Below are positions 41,129 to 52,550 of a stretch of DNA of 64,000 bases, piece by piece. The translations under genes and the position numbers were made by a program. The DNA lies in NCBI RefSeq assembly GCF_009914755.1, contig NC_060931.1. One strand, written 5' to 3'. The DNA comes from the human T2T-CHM13v2.0 reference genome, Homo sapiens. The notes under the pieces are model-generated. The model saw only the letters and a list, made by a program, of their open reading frames with translations, had not been told where the DNA came from and did no database searches. Position 1 is the stretch's first letter. The number at the start of each line of letters is the position of its first letter.

Positions 41129-41326
41129 CGGGCCCGGCGCGGGGGGCTCGGGGCTCGGGGCTCGGGGCGGCCGGGCGGGCGGAGCGGCCGAGGCCGAGGC
41201 GCCGAGCGGCCGCGGCCCCCGAGCGGATCCGCGGAGGGGCGGGAGCCGGGGGCAGCGCGCGGCCAGGGCCGGCGGGGCTCAGCTCAGCATGGCTGGGCGC
41301 GGGGGCTCCGCAAAAGTTGCTGGCGG

Positions 41327-41365
41327 AGGGGGGCGGCGGGCGGGGGCGGGGGCGGGGCGCGGGGC
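41327..41365 (+). promoter_or_regulatory. Tandem GC boxes (SP/KLF, EGR) between the two first exons
   Basis: GGGGGGCGGCGGGCGGGGGCGGGGGCGGGGCGCGGGG contains several overlapping GGGCGG motifs. Confidence 0.75.
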
Positions 41366-41539
41366 CGGGAGAGCCACAGGGAGTCCGCGCGCAATCGAGC
41401 GCCGATGGCACGGATGCGAGGCGGGGAAGGCCGAACCGAAGGGCAGAGCCGCGCCGGCGGCCCGAGGGGACCGCGCTGGGAGGGGCTGCCGCGCAGCGCG
41501 GGGGGACTGGGCGCAGGGCGGGCCCCGGGTAGTGGGTGA

Positions 41540-41763
41540 GAGGGCCGGCCTGGACCCGGCGGGCGCACGGCTCCGAGCCCAGCGCAGCCGAGCCGGTCTG
41601 CAGAGGGGCCCCCAGAACTTTGTGTGTGTGTGTGCACGCGCGCGCGTGTGTGCCCAGGTGCGAGGGTTCGCGCGTGTGCTGGCGGGGAGGGAACCGACCC
41701 GAAAGAGAGCCCCACGCTGGCAAAGTGGCTCGCCCATCTCACAGCCGGTTGGCGCTCGCGGAG
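41540..41763 (+). other. TBXAS1: TBXAS1 upstream non-coding exon 1 (start approximate)
   Basis: Donor GAG|GTAGGA at 41763/41764 inside the CpG island. TBXAS1 is the known head-to-head neighbour of HIPK2 and has distal 5'UTR exons. An alternative donor CGG|GTGAGT lies at 41822/41823. Confidence 0.65.
41621..41653. repeat. Alternating purine-pyrimidine tract (TG)7 CA (CG)5 (TG)3 C
   Basis: 33 bp of uninterrupted alternation, read directly. Confidence 0.92.
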
Positions 41764-42200
41764 GTAGGAGTGGAATGAATGAATGAAGGAGTGGGCGCGC
41801 GCCGTGCTCCGGAGGAGGGCGGGTGAGTGGAGGAGCTTCGGAAAGCCACACGAGGTCAGAGGCACCGAAGCCCTGCCGTGCACGCCGCGGAAATGCAGCC
41901 CCCGGGGTGGTCGCTGGGTTCCTGCCGGAGTCTGGCTTCCACGCCACCCTGATCTTCTCCTCCTCGCGTCTACACTGTCCCGAGGGCCGCCACTCCATCA
42001 CTTGAATGGGAGCTCACAACTCTCTGGGTCCTCGCTTTTCTCAGCGCTCTCTCCTATCAGGGCTTCCGCTAAACACTCTCCAGACTCTCCCCAGCCGGGA
42101 GCCTCTCCAGGTTTGCTTCTCCAGCTGCCTCCCGGATGCTTGGATAGGATGCCCTGCCATCCCCTCCAACTTAGGAAGACTTGTTGAGTCTCCTCTTAGG

Positions 42201-42455
42201 CACTGTTTTTAAAACTGTGGGTCGTGACACAGTAATAGATCATAAAATAAATGCAGCGGAAGGCAACCAGCTTTCAAAAAGAACGAAATGGAATCCAATA
42301 GAAAATATTAGAGTCCATTGCCCTTAGTAAGGGCAACTATTGTTTCATAAACCTTTTGTTTCGATTATAGGTACTGGACAAGTGTACTGGACCATGATGT
42401 CAATTTTATTTCCGTCTGTGAATCGTGGGTTTAAAAAAGTTGAAAAGCTATCTGT
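42201..42455. mobile_element. hAT-Charlie-type MITE
   Basis: CACTGTTTTTAAAACTGTGGGTCGTGAC...AAAAAAGTTGAAAAGCTATCTG termini resemble Charlie TIRs. Confidence 0.55.
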
Positions 42456-43539
42456 GTAAAATAATGATCTCTAACACTGTATAACTTTCTTAAAAACAAC
42501 CTCGTGATTTTCTCACTACTTCTTATCCTTTCCGGTCTCCATCCTCCGTTCCCATCCTTCAGTCCTTCCCAAAAAAGGCAAGCTCTTTCACACTTTTTTA
42601 GTGGTACATCACGACACCTTCCTCTGTGTGATCTTGTACTCTGCGGTCTTCCTTGCCCCCATAATCAATGCTACACTTCCTATCCCTTCTCTTAACCTAA
42701 TGCCATTCACGTTTGCAGAATCCTAGACTACTGTTGCTAAAAGGACCTCAGAGGTCATCTGGGCCAGCCCTGCCCTTTTAGAGTTGAAGAAATGGAGTCC
42801 AGAGAAGTAAAATCTGTTGCCCAATGTCACACAGTATTGAAGCTTAGGAATAGGTCTCGTGGCTCCCACTCTAGTGTTTTTTGCTCCACACCGGTCATTT
42901 ATCTCCTTCCCTTCTATCCTCCCTGCAATCTTTAACTTTAGTCTTGGCCCAGGTCATCCTAAATATTGCCATCTTCATAATACGTGGTTCTGGCCATGCC
43001 ACGCTCCTGGCTAACATCCTCTAAGGACTCAACCTCTGCAGGTGGGGCTGAGTGCCTTGGCTTTTCATCAAGGCAGGCGAGTCCTGACTTAGCTTTCTAA
43101 GGACATGAGTTCAGCAAGTCACTGCTTCTCTAGCCAAACTGGTTTACTTGTAGCCCAGTGCCAGCTTCACCCATCTCTGTCACTGTGCCTTTGCCCAAGC
43201 GGTCACTTTCCCACCCACTTTCCCAGAGGGGTACCTTCTCCATCTTCTCTCTTTAAGCAGATTCTACCTGTGCCTGGCTCACCTCCTCCACAAAACAGCC
43301 CGAGATAGCGTGGGAGTAAGTCAGACCTAGGTTCAAATCCTAGCTCTTCCACTTAACTATGTGATCTTGGTCAAAATGCTTAACCTCTCTGAGCCTCAGT
43401 GTCTGTATTTTGATTATGAGAAGGAGAACAATAGTAATGTTCTCCTTTTGCATCTGTAAATCTCTATCATAGCCTTCACCACACAGGTATGTAACTCCCT
43501 GTTAATACATACCCTACATGCATGTCTCTCTGCCCCTTT

Positions 43540-43690
43540 CTAGTGCTGGCCATTAGAACTTGCTGCCATAATGGCAGTGTAGCTACTTATGTCTGTGGAG
43601 CACATGAAATGTGGCTAGTATGACTGAGGAACTGAATTTTTAATTTTAATAACCATGGGTGGTTAGTGGCTACCATTTTGGACAAGGTGT
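43540..43690 (+). mobile_element. MER3 (among MIR and L2 fragments at 42700-43990)
   Basis: GAAATGTGGCTAGTATGACTGAGGAACTGAATTTTTAATTTTA...GTGGCTACCATTTTGGAC. Confidence 0.75.
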
Positions 43691-44031
43691 CTCTAGACTG
43701 TAAGCTCAGTAAGGACAGAAACCATGTTTTTCTTGTTTTGGATTGTATGTCCAATAACTGCATTGCCTAACGCATGGTGAGTACTGCACACATATTTGTT
43801 GAATGGATGATAGCTGCAATTTGTTGCATGCTCCCTTGTGTCCAGCACAACACTACAAACTCGATAAAAGGCATTTCATATAGTCCTCATCACAGCCTCT
43901 GAGGCTGGGTTAGATTAGAGAGAGAGTTTTATATAGAGGGCAGACACATAGTAGGGGTTCAATAAAAGTTATTATTATTCTAACTCCTCCCTCTGACCAG
44001 CCCCACTGACTTTTGTCTCATCTTTCCTTAG

Positions 44032-44116
44032 GCTCACAGAACATTTCCTGCCTGTTGCTCACACTCTGTTGTCCACAGCATACCCGCACCCTAGATGGCT
44101 GACTCTTGTCTTCTGT
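44032..44116 (+). other. TBXAS1: TBXAS1 5'UTR exon (85 nt)
   Basis: Branch-like CACTGAC, pyrimidine tract TTTTGTCTCATCTTTCCTTAG|, and donor TGT|GTAGGT at 44117 (tandem alternative TAG|GTACCC at 44121). Confidence 0.6.
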
Positions 44117-44807
44117 GTAGGTACCCTGTGTTCATAACTGGATTGGCAGCGTCTTGGAGCAAGGCCCTGCTTTATAGGACTGCCCCTGAATTCAGCACTG
44201 ACCAGTGTTCAGTAACTGCCTCTAAGTCCATCCCAGCTGCTGTCTAGCAGTGAGTGATTCTAGGCAGTCTTAAAATGAATATCACTTGTGTCAACCGAAA
44301 ACATTTTACAGGTAGTCTCCTCCCCATAAGAAGGGAACAATCTTGGGCAAGGAAATAGAGTCCCATGGAAGGGGAACAAGATGGAGCCATACAGACAGAG
44401 GTCCACCTTCTCTTCAGACCACCATGACTGAAGCTGTATCCATGAGATGCAAAACATGCATTCAATTGAGCTAGCGAAGTTCGTATGATATAACGGAAAA
44501 ATATTCTTGAAATGAGCTTAGATTTTCCTTCATGAATTGGCAGACTGAGTATACTAATTGTCTCCTTTCCTTCCGGTGACTGCAGTCAAGTGGCAGCAAG
44601 GTATAAACCTAACAGTGAAATGTCACTGAAGGAGAGCATGGGAGCTGGGAGGAGAGAGGATCTGTGACAGAACCTGGGGAGTACCAGTATTTGAGACATG
44701 GGAAGAGGAAAAAGAGCTCCCCATGGACAAGAGGGCAGAGAAGTTGGAGGACAGCCAGGACGGGGGATTCCTCAACATCCCAGCAAGGTCAACAGTGCTG
44801 CATGCTA

Positions 44808-45153
<346 letters not shown>

Positions 45154-45960
45154 GGCAGAAAGGCATCAATTGGATTTAGCAACAAGAGTTGCATTAGTGA
45201 CTTTGGTGAAACTAGTTTGGAGGGAAATACAGGTTTCTTAAATTCTACCTGAATATGTGTCCTGTTTTATGGGTGGAGATAGTAGAAGGATGGGGAGGGC
45301 TAAGGAGGTACCAGAAAAGAGCACCAGAGATTGCTCCAAGCAGAGAGGGCCTTACCAGTCATGGGCCTGAGACAATGAGAGGGGTCTGGGAGCTGTCCCA
45401 TTTGGCTAGAGATAGTGTGCATTGTATTTTATTTATTTAATAAGCACATTAGCAGTCAGTGTTCTAAGGAGTTTAATCAATCATTTAAAAAAATCACTTT
45501 TTTTTTTTTTTAACAGTACATGGAACTCTAGGTTGCCAAAATACCATTTAACTTCAGGGTGCATTGAAGAACAATAATAAAGGCAAGAAAACTGGAAAGG
45601 ATTTAGTAACCATTTATACCAGTTACCTCTCCTTAATTTGCCTTTCTACAAAATGGTGCAAGTCATATCTTTCTCAGGAGTTGGTAGAGTGAACATGGGG
45701 GAGCTTTGACCTCATTTCAAGTTCATTTTGCTTACAGGACATGGAACAAAGGGTCTTTTTTTTTTTTCATGTATGCCTATAGTTGTGAAACTGCACAACA
45801 TCACAATATCTTCAAGGCCACAGGATAGAGATAACCCTCTTTTTGGTGTATGCATTTAGGTGTGTATGTCTCTCTTACTCTCAGGGTATTCTTAGCATGA
45901 TGTCTGTGTGGCTTGTATCTTATTCTCACTTGGTGTGTGTTGCTCTTATTTTCCTGACAG

Positions 45961-46024
45961 CTCTTTATTTTCCATGTGTGAGCCTGTGCCTGTGGTTTAT
46001 CTCTGGAGGATGTGCCTGAGGGAG
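45961..46024 (+). other. TBXAS1: TBXAS1 5'UTR exon (64 nt)
   Basis: Acceptor CTCTTATTTTCCTGACAG| at 45960 and donor GAG|GTAGGT at 46025. Confidence 0.65.
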
Positions 46025-47276
46025 GTAGGTCACTATCTCAAGTTCTGTCTTTTGATATCACACCTCTCTTTTGGTCTCTTGCTGTATCTCTATTTTCCTC
46101 TCTTTCTGACTGTGTGTCTAATTTTCTTTTTCTCTGTATCTTTCTATCTTTTCCACACATTCTTTATTTCTTCTTCCTCTCCCTTTATTTTAATTCTGTT
46201 TCTTAACAAGTCATAATAGAGACCTATTTTTGTTTGGATTATTCTTAAGAAATTACCTTGTCTTTCTGCTTTAAACCTTTGATCGGTTTCAATGATACAG
46301 TTTGTAACAGAGTAGTATTTAATAACAAAACTCTTTAACTGAAAGCTTCAGTAACAAGACATTACACTCACAGAGAATTTAAAAGAGTAGACATTTCATT
46401 CAAATGAGGAACAATAGAGCTGTGGCTTTAAGGGCAAAGGGGAGAGCGAGGCTTGGCAGGGTGAAGGGAATCTGATTGTGGAAATGGCAGTCTTGGAGAA
46501 ATTACACTGGCAAAATCAGGGGAATAGGGAAACATCATTCATTTTTCTGCTTTTGCTCCTAGAAGAAAAATGATCAGACACCTGAACAGGGGTGCAGGAA
46601 AAGCAAAGCGATGCCATAAGAGCATTGAGCAGAAAGGAAATATGGCAAAAAAAAAAAAAAATGCAATCAGCCTATGAATGAAAAGAAGCTGTAATGTAGA
46701 TGCACAGAAGGTAGGGCGATTTTGTTGGAGGTTGCGGGAATGGCAGATTAGGATGGATTTGCACATGAGAAGCAGTTCAGAGAAGCAACCCAACCCTGCA
46801 GAGAAATTTCTGTGATTATGGGAGGTAGGTAATAGCTTGGTTTTCCTGACCTGCAGTCCAGGCTGAACTTGGACAGACTAGGTAGAAATGGTGCAGAAAG
46901 AAGCTTGGGGTGGAGGCAGAAATAAAGGTAGACTGAGGAGAGCTCTTTTAAAAGCCTGCAGGTCCTGTTAAGCCTACCTCAGCCATGAATCAGTGGACCT
47001 GTGCATTTCTGTACAGTGTGAAGTTTCAATTGTAAGGTTTCCTCCCACTGACATGAAAGAGCTTGCTCCTATCTGGCAACCCCTGGAGGGGCTTGACTGT
47101 CACGGCAGAGGGCAGTTAGGACTGACTCTTTGCTCTGAGGTTGCCAGTGGCTTCTTAGATTGCAAATCGCATGCCCTTTCTTAGCCCCTCCCCTGCTTGA
47201 TCTCTAAGCAAACATGAGTTAGTTAGACACTGTTAATCACCTCACTCTTCTTGAATCACTCCCCTCCCTTCACATC

Positions 47277-47582
47277 CTTCACATGCATGCTTGTTTAGTT
47301 TTTTTTGTTTTTTTTTTTTTTTGTATTTTTTCCCAAAATTCCTAGTCCTTCCTCCTTTCACATGCTTGTTTAGGTTTTTGTTTTTGTTTTTGTTTTCAAT
47401 ACTCCTAGCCTGCCTTCCTGCCTTCCTGCCTGCCTGCCTGCCTGCCTTCCCCCTTCCCTCCCTCCCTCCCTTCTTTCTCTTTCTTTCTTTCCTTCTTTCG
47501 TTTGTTCTTTCTTTCATTCTTTCTCTCTCTCTCTCTCTTCCTTCCTTCCTTCCTTCCTTTCTTTCTTCCTTTCTTTTTTTCC
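47277..47582 (+). repeat. Compound pyrimidine-rich low-complexity tract: T-rich duplication, (CCTG)5, CCCT/CTTT/CT/CCTT repeats
   Basis: Read directly from the sequence. Confidence 0.9.
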
Positions 47583-47589
47583 TGAGAAA

Positions 47590-49350
47590 ATCAATTCATC
47601 AAATGTTCAGCTACAGCTTACTATGTGCTAGATTCTGTAGCAGGACCTGGGAGTATAAAAGGGAATAAGCCATAGCCCTGGCTTTCAAGGAGCTCAAGTT
47701 CAAAGAAAAACCACCAAGCAAGGAGCATGATACAATATAATGAGTGCAGCAGTAAAAAGGATGCACATGGTCAAAAGATAGTACAGAGGGACAAATGGCA
47801 AGGAGTGTGTTTGGGGCAGGGGAGGTGGCACGTCTGTGCCTGGCACTGCGAGTTCTGGCAGGTGACAGCAAATAGGATAGAAAGATATGAATGTCTAGGA
47901 TATGTAAGAAATTATAATATTGCTAAACATGCAAAGCAAGGCCGAGACAGTGGTCAGGAATGACGCTGGAGATTGTATGCCAAGCTGAAGAACTTATACT
48001 TTATTCTGAATGCACCAGATGTGGGGAAAAATGAATTCAATTTTGAACATGTTGAGTCTAAAGTACCTATGAGATATTCAGATAGGGATGCTCAGTTGCC
48101 AGGTGGGTGTACAGGACTGGAGCTCAGCCAAGGGTTTTTAATAGGAGATAGAGATTGTTTTGAGTCATCAGTAAGTGTATAATGCGTGGCTGATCCATAG
48201 AAGGAGGTGAGATCACACAGGGAGAGGTTACATGGCAGCATTTCTCAAAGTGTGGTCCTTGGGCTGCCTGCATCGAAGGGGCTTTCTAAGGATGCAGACT
48301 CCTCAGGCAGAACCCCAAACCCACTGACTCAGGAATCTCTGGGGGTGGCACCTGGAAATCTGCATTTTGAATTTACTCCCTAGGGGATACATTTACACAA
48401 AGCAGTTCCATAACTACAGGTGTGGAGAGAGAGGCTAAGAGGCTAAAGGAGGGAACTAAGAAGAGAGAGACCTGATCATTTAGGGGCCGTGTCCTTCTCC
48501 CTTCACCCTGTTTCTTGATGGACTGGACCTAAGCTCTCTTCTGTTCCCTTTCTGCTTGTTCTCTTGGCAAGCTGATCTCTAGATCTCTGAGGCTGGTATT
48601 TGAATTGACATAGTCTCATTAGCTCTTGTCCCACATTTCCACCTGCTTTCCAGACACTGCTACCAAATGGAACTCATCTCCTCCCAAACCTCCTTCTGGT
48701 AAACAATAACCACCTCCTAGTCCTTCAGCTCCAGCCATTGCAGGTCAACTGCCAGGACCCATTGTTTCGTTGTTGTTGTTGTTGTTGTTGTTTTTTGTGT
48801 GATAGCTTTTCACATTCTTCCATTCCTCTTCCTTTCTACTGCCAGTACCTGATTGAGCCTATCCCTACCTCCTCCTTGGACTGCTGCGCTATTTTTTTAA
48901 CAGATGTCCCTGACTCCAGTCTCTCCCTCGTCTTTAATTCACATAACTGATTGTTGACAACATTGGCTTCCTGCGCACTGCATACCATTGCTCAGAGATG
49001 TTCGGAGTCACCATATTACTGCACAACAACCTTCATCACCTTAACCTGACACCTAAATCCCATCATGATCTGCCCAAAATCCCCTTCCCAATCTCATCTC
49101 CCACTCTTGCATCTCGTGCATCCTAAGCAATAGCTGCACAGCTTTGTCTTTGTACATGCCAGCCTCTGCCCAGAGTGTCCTGAACTCCACGTCTTCCCCA
49201 TCCTTTAAGACCCAGTTCACATGCTATTTCCTTCATGAAGCCTTTCCTATTCCCCAGCCCACATCCCCAGAGGTCATTTATCCTTTATTCTCCCCAAAGC
49301 ATATTTTAGGTCTGTTTCTGCTGCATTCATTTTTTCCTATCTAGTATTAG
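47590..49350. mobile_element. L2 fragments with a MER5-type insertion (about 48235-48420) and (GTT)n at 48768-48791
   Basis: L2 text (AATTTTGAACATGTTGAGTCT, CCCTGGCTTTCAAGGAGCTC); MER5 text TTTCTCAAAGTGTGGTCC...GGAATCTCTGGGGGTGG...ATCTGCATTTT. Confidence 0.65.
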
Positions 49351-49896
49351 AGGGTTTTTTTTTTGTTTGTTTGTTTTTTGTTTTTTTAATGTCTCGCCTT
49401 TCCCTCTATGGGAGCAATGAAAGAGGGACTGACCATCAGGAACATTAGGTCCATCACTTTTAACTGGATGATGATAAGGGAAATGATTTCATTTCTCTGC
49501 ACCTCAGTTTTCTCATCTATAGAGTGAGATAATAATGTCTGCCTCATCAGTAGAAATTATTCATGTGAAGGAAGGGGAAGATAAACTATACAAGGCAACA
49601 AAACACCGTAGTGTCAGGTATGAAGGAGACACTTAATAAATCTGTACTGAATCCATGAGAAAGGGTATACTTCTAGACAGCTTTGAACCGTTCTGGGAAT
49701 ATAATAATTAAGTGATAGAATGCAAGGAAGAATTTAGTTTTGGGATTACCTGTTTTTATTTTAGTGAAAAGTTTCACAGATAGACCTTTTACTTCCAACA
49801 ACTTCAAGGCTTAATTTTATTTTTTAAGCCTAGGGTTCTTTTTTCTTTCTTTCTTTTTATTTTATTTTTTCATATAATCCTGAAGCTTTTCACTCT

Positions 49897-50350
49897 ATGT
49901 GGAAGACACACGTGGTTGCCTGCTGCCTATCTCTGGTGCCTTCTTCCTCAGTTGTAGAACTCTGATTTTATTTAGGCAGTACTGTACCTGCCCAAGAAAG
50001 TAAATTATGATTGGTTTAAGTCAGTTGCAGCAAATCAGTCATGTTTCCAGTGGTGGTCATGTGGCCCAATGAGATAAAAGGTAAAACTTGGAGACTTCTG
50101 AGAAAGTGTCTCCTTTCTCATAAAGGTGTGTTCCATGGGAAGAGGTGGTCCATTTCCTTTCCCTCTTTTCAGCCATATCCTAGTAGGATGGGATGCTTTA
50201 GGTGGGATCAATTAGAGTGATGTCTTGCAAGTAAGGAAGTAAACTGGCTTTGGAACCACTGACCTCCAGCCTTATTGAGAGGAGAGCTGTCTTTATGAAG
50301 ACACCTTTAGCAAGGATCCCATTACCTACAGCTAACAGCATCTTAGTCAT
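49897..50350 (+). mobile_element. ERVL LTR (LTR33/LTR16-like)
   Basis: TGTGGAAGACAC...GAACTCTGATTTTATTTAGG...GGTCATGTGGCCCAATGAGA...CAGCTAACAGCATC. Confidence 0.5.
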
Positions 50351-50640
50351 TTTTAGGAAGAATTTAGTTTTGTGATTTCCTTATGTGTTTTATCACAGTC
50401 TGTGTATAGATCTTTTAAAAATAATTCAACAGCTTCAAAGTGTAAGTTAAGAAAAAAACAAATAATCTTTTGTCATAGAATTCTGAGGATTTTCGTTTGT
50501 ATGTATGAGATGAATTTGAATTTTTAAAGAATTTCTTTTGGAATATGGCAATATCTTCAGCTTGCATTCCACTTGCCCTAGGTGGTACACTTCATCAACT
50601 TTCAGAAGCTGCTGATTGGTTTTGCTTATCTTTTCTTTAG

Positions 50641-50729
50641 GAGACATATACTGCCTGGACTGCCTGGCTGATGTGAGCTAGTTTGTCTGGTTGAGTTGGA
50701 TGTTTAAATAGAAGGCAGAACAACAACAG
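50641..50729 (+). other. TBXAS1: TBXAS1 5'UTR exon (89 nt)
   Basis: Branch-like GCTGAT, strong acceptor TTTTGCTTATCTTTTCTTTAG| at 50640, and consensus donor CAG|GTAAGA at 50730. Confidence 0.75.
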
Positions 50730-51066
50730 GTAAGATTTTTAAAAATATCCTTTAATTTCTTTGGGCTCTATTGACATTATTACATTCATTACAAACTTCT
50801 GGATGTTAAGTCCTGTGTTTAATAGCCAGAGAGGGGAAGGTGGTGGGCAGCTGGGAGAGTGGTGACTAACAAGATGGCACCACCGGGTTCCTGAGTTTGA
50901 GGGTTGGGTAAAGCCAGGGCAACGACTGGGATGGCCAAGGAGAGCAAGCAGTAGAAACTCAGGTCCAAAGGGCATTAGGCGTGAAACCTAACCTGACCAC
51001 CCTATTTCATATTGCAACTTGCCCCTCTACCCATGCTGTCCTCTACTGCACCCCATTTTCCCTTAC

Positions 51067-51582
51067 CTGGTGTTCTTAACCTTTTTTCTTTTTCCTGTGG
51101 ATTTCTTCTGCAGTCTGGTGAAGCCTGGGATTGCCCTCTCAGAATAATGTTTTTAAATGTATTGAATAAAAACACATAAGACTACAAAAGAAGCTAATTA
51201 TATTGAGATACAGTTACTAAATGTGTATTTCTTTATTGATACAATTTTGAGAAACAGTTACTAAATGTGTGTTTCTTTATTGATACATTAAATAACAAGA
51301 TTTAACCACAGGTCCAATAGCTACAAAATAGTGATGAATGTAAACAACAGTTCAAGAAATCTGCAACAATTGTCAATCTGATACAAAATGTCTGTGATTT
51401 CAATTGGTAACAAAGTTATAGGTATTGCTGTGGCTTCTGAGGTTGTTAGCCTACAGTCAGGTTTGAAGGTTTAAGATTAATGAAAATAAACGTGCCATTT
51501 TTCCCCCTATCCAAGTTCACAGATCCCCTGAATTCTATCCATGAAGATGCTATGAGTCTGGAACTCCAGGATAAGAATCCCT
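51067..51582. mobile_element. hAT-Charlie element with an internal 44-bp tandem duplication
   Basis: GTTCTTAACCT...GAACTCCAGGATAAGAATCCCTG termini; duplication at 51203-51287. Confidence 0.6.
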
Positions 51583-52512
51583 GCTCTTATCTTATTCTGC
51601 TATATCTGCATAGTATTTATTCTCTTCTAACATCATTTATTATTTACTTATTTTTAAAGTTCATTTTTATGGTCTGATTCTTTCTATTAGAATGTAAGTT
51701 TCACAAAGTCATTGTCTGTTTTGTTCACTGATACATTTCAAGTGTCTAGAACAGTGCCTTGTACTTACTTGTGGCTCAATAAATACTTGTTACATGAGTA
51801 AGTCCAGAATGCACCAGCATCTGAGTCTAGACAGAGGAGCCAGGCCCATGGTCCTTCTGAATGTGGGGCACCATGCAGCTGCACCCATCAAACTGCCCAC
51901 CAGCCAATTCTCTTGTACTTTGGAGGGAGCCAGACTGCTATGTGGAGGTGGACTTGGAGACACTGAGTTCTGCCCATGGCACCATTGGGATTGGATGTGT
52001 GGAGGAGAAGAGGAAAGGCTTAGGGCTGGGAATGAAAAATGCACATGGCACATGGAATGGCCGTGCCCTAGGGTTGGCCTGCCCCAGACTGGGGCCAGGT
52101 GTTAGACAACAGTTAATACAAAATATGTTTAGACAAATAGATCGGGCCTGGACTGGGGAGGGCCTTTAGTGCCCAGCAGAAGTATTTACATCTATTTCCA
52201 AAAGCAATAGAGAAGCACTGAATATTTTTGAGCAGGAGTCCAAGTTGGTAGAATGAAAGAAGGGCTGGAAATAAGGGCTATAAGATTTTGAGTGTAAGTG
52301 CCCACCTTATAAATCATTAGCAAAAGCAGAATATAACCTTTTCTCCAATTCTGTATGGGTGACACCCACCAGTCTGGTAAATGGAGGTCGTTAGTGTGAT
52401 GGGGTGTCATTCTCACTTTGTTTAGCACCCCCACTAGATATACATATTCACTTTTTGCCTTTTTTATAATAATTTGAGAAGTTATAGAAAATGCTTATAC
52501 ATTTAATATGTT

Positions 52513-52515
<3 letters not shown>

Positions 52516-52550
<35 letters not shown>

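Larger units (their letters stand above)
40897..41290 (-). other. HIPK2: HIPK2 exon 1 (GC-rich 5'UTR + 19 nt CDS); TSS approximate
   Basis: The 3' boundary is fixed by the donor. The 5' boundary is estimated from the GC-box cluster at 41330-41365 and my recollection of a leader of a few hundred nt. Confidence 0.75.
40400..41990. promoter_or_regulatory. CpG island / bidirectional promoter of HIPK2 (-) and upstream TBXAS1 transcripts (+)
   Basis: Very high GC and CpG density compared with the CpG-depleted flanks. Splice donors face outward on both strands (40896 minus; 41764 plus). Confidence 0.93.

Noticed and set aside
40550-42187. Long overlapping ORFs (329, 276, 249, 240, 199 aa) in the CpG island
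   Set aside because: Stop codons are scarce in very GC-rich DNA. The products are low-complexity Arg/Gly/Ala/Pro in nearly all frames, with no recognisable domain.
40987-44106. Both divergent leaders contain a uORF starting MADS
   Set aside because: The codons differ (GCA GAT TCC versus GCT GAC TCT) and there is no flanking similarity; most likely coincidence, and unrelated to the MADS-box domain.
47242-47668. Hydrophobic 125-aa and basic 91-aa ORFs
   Set aside because: Translations of a pyrimidine/purine microsatellite.
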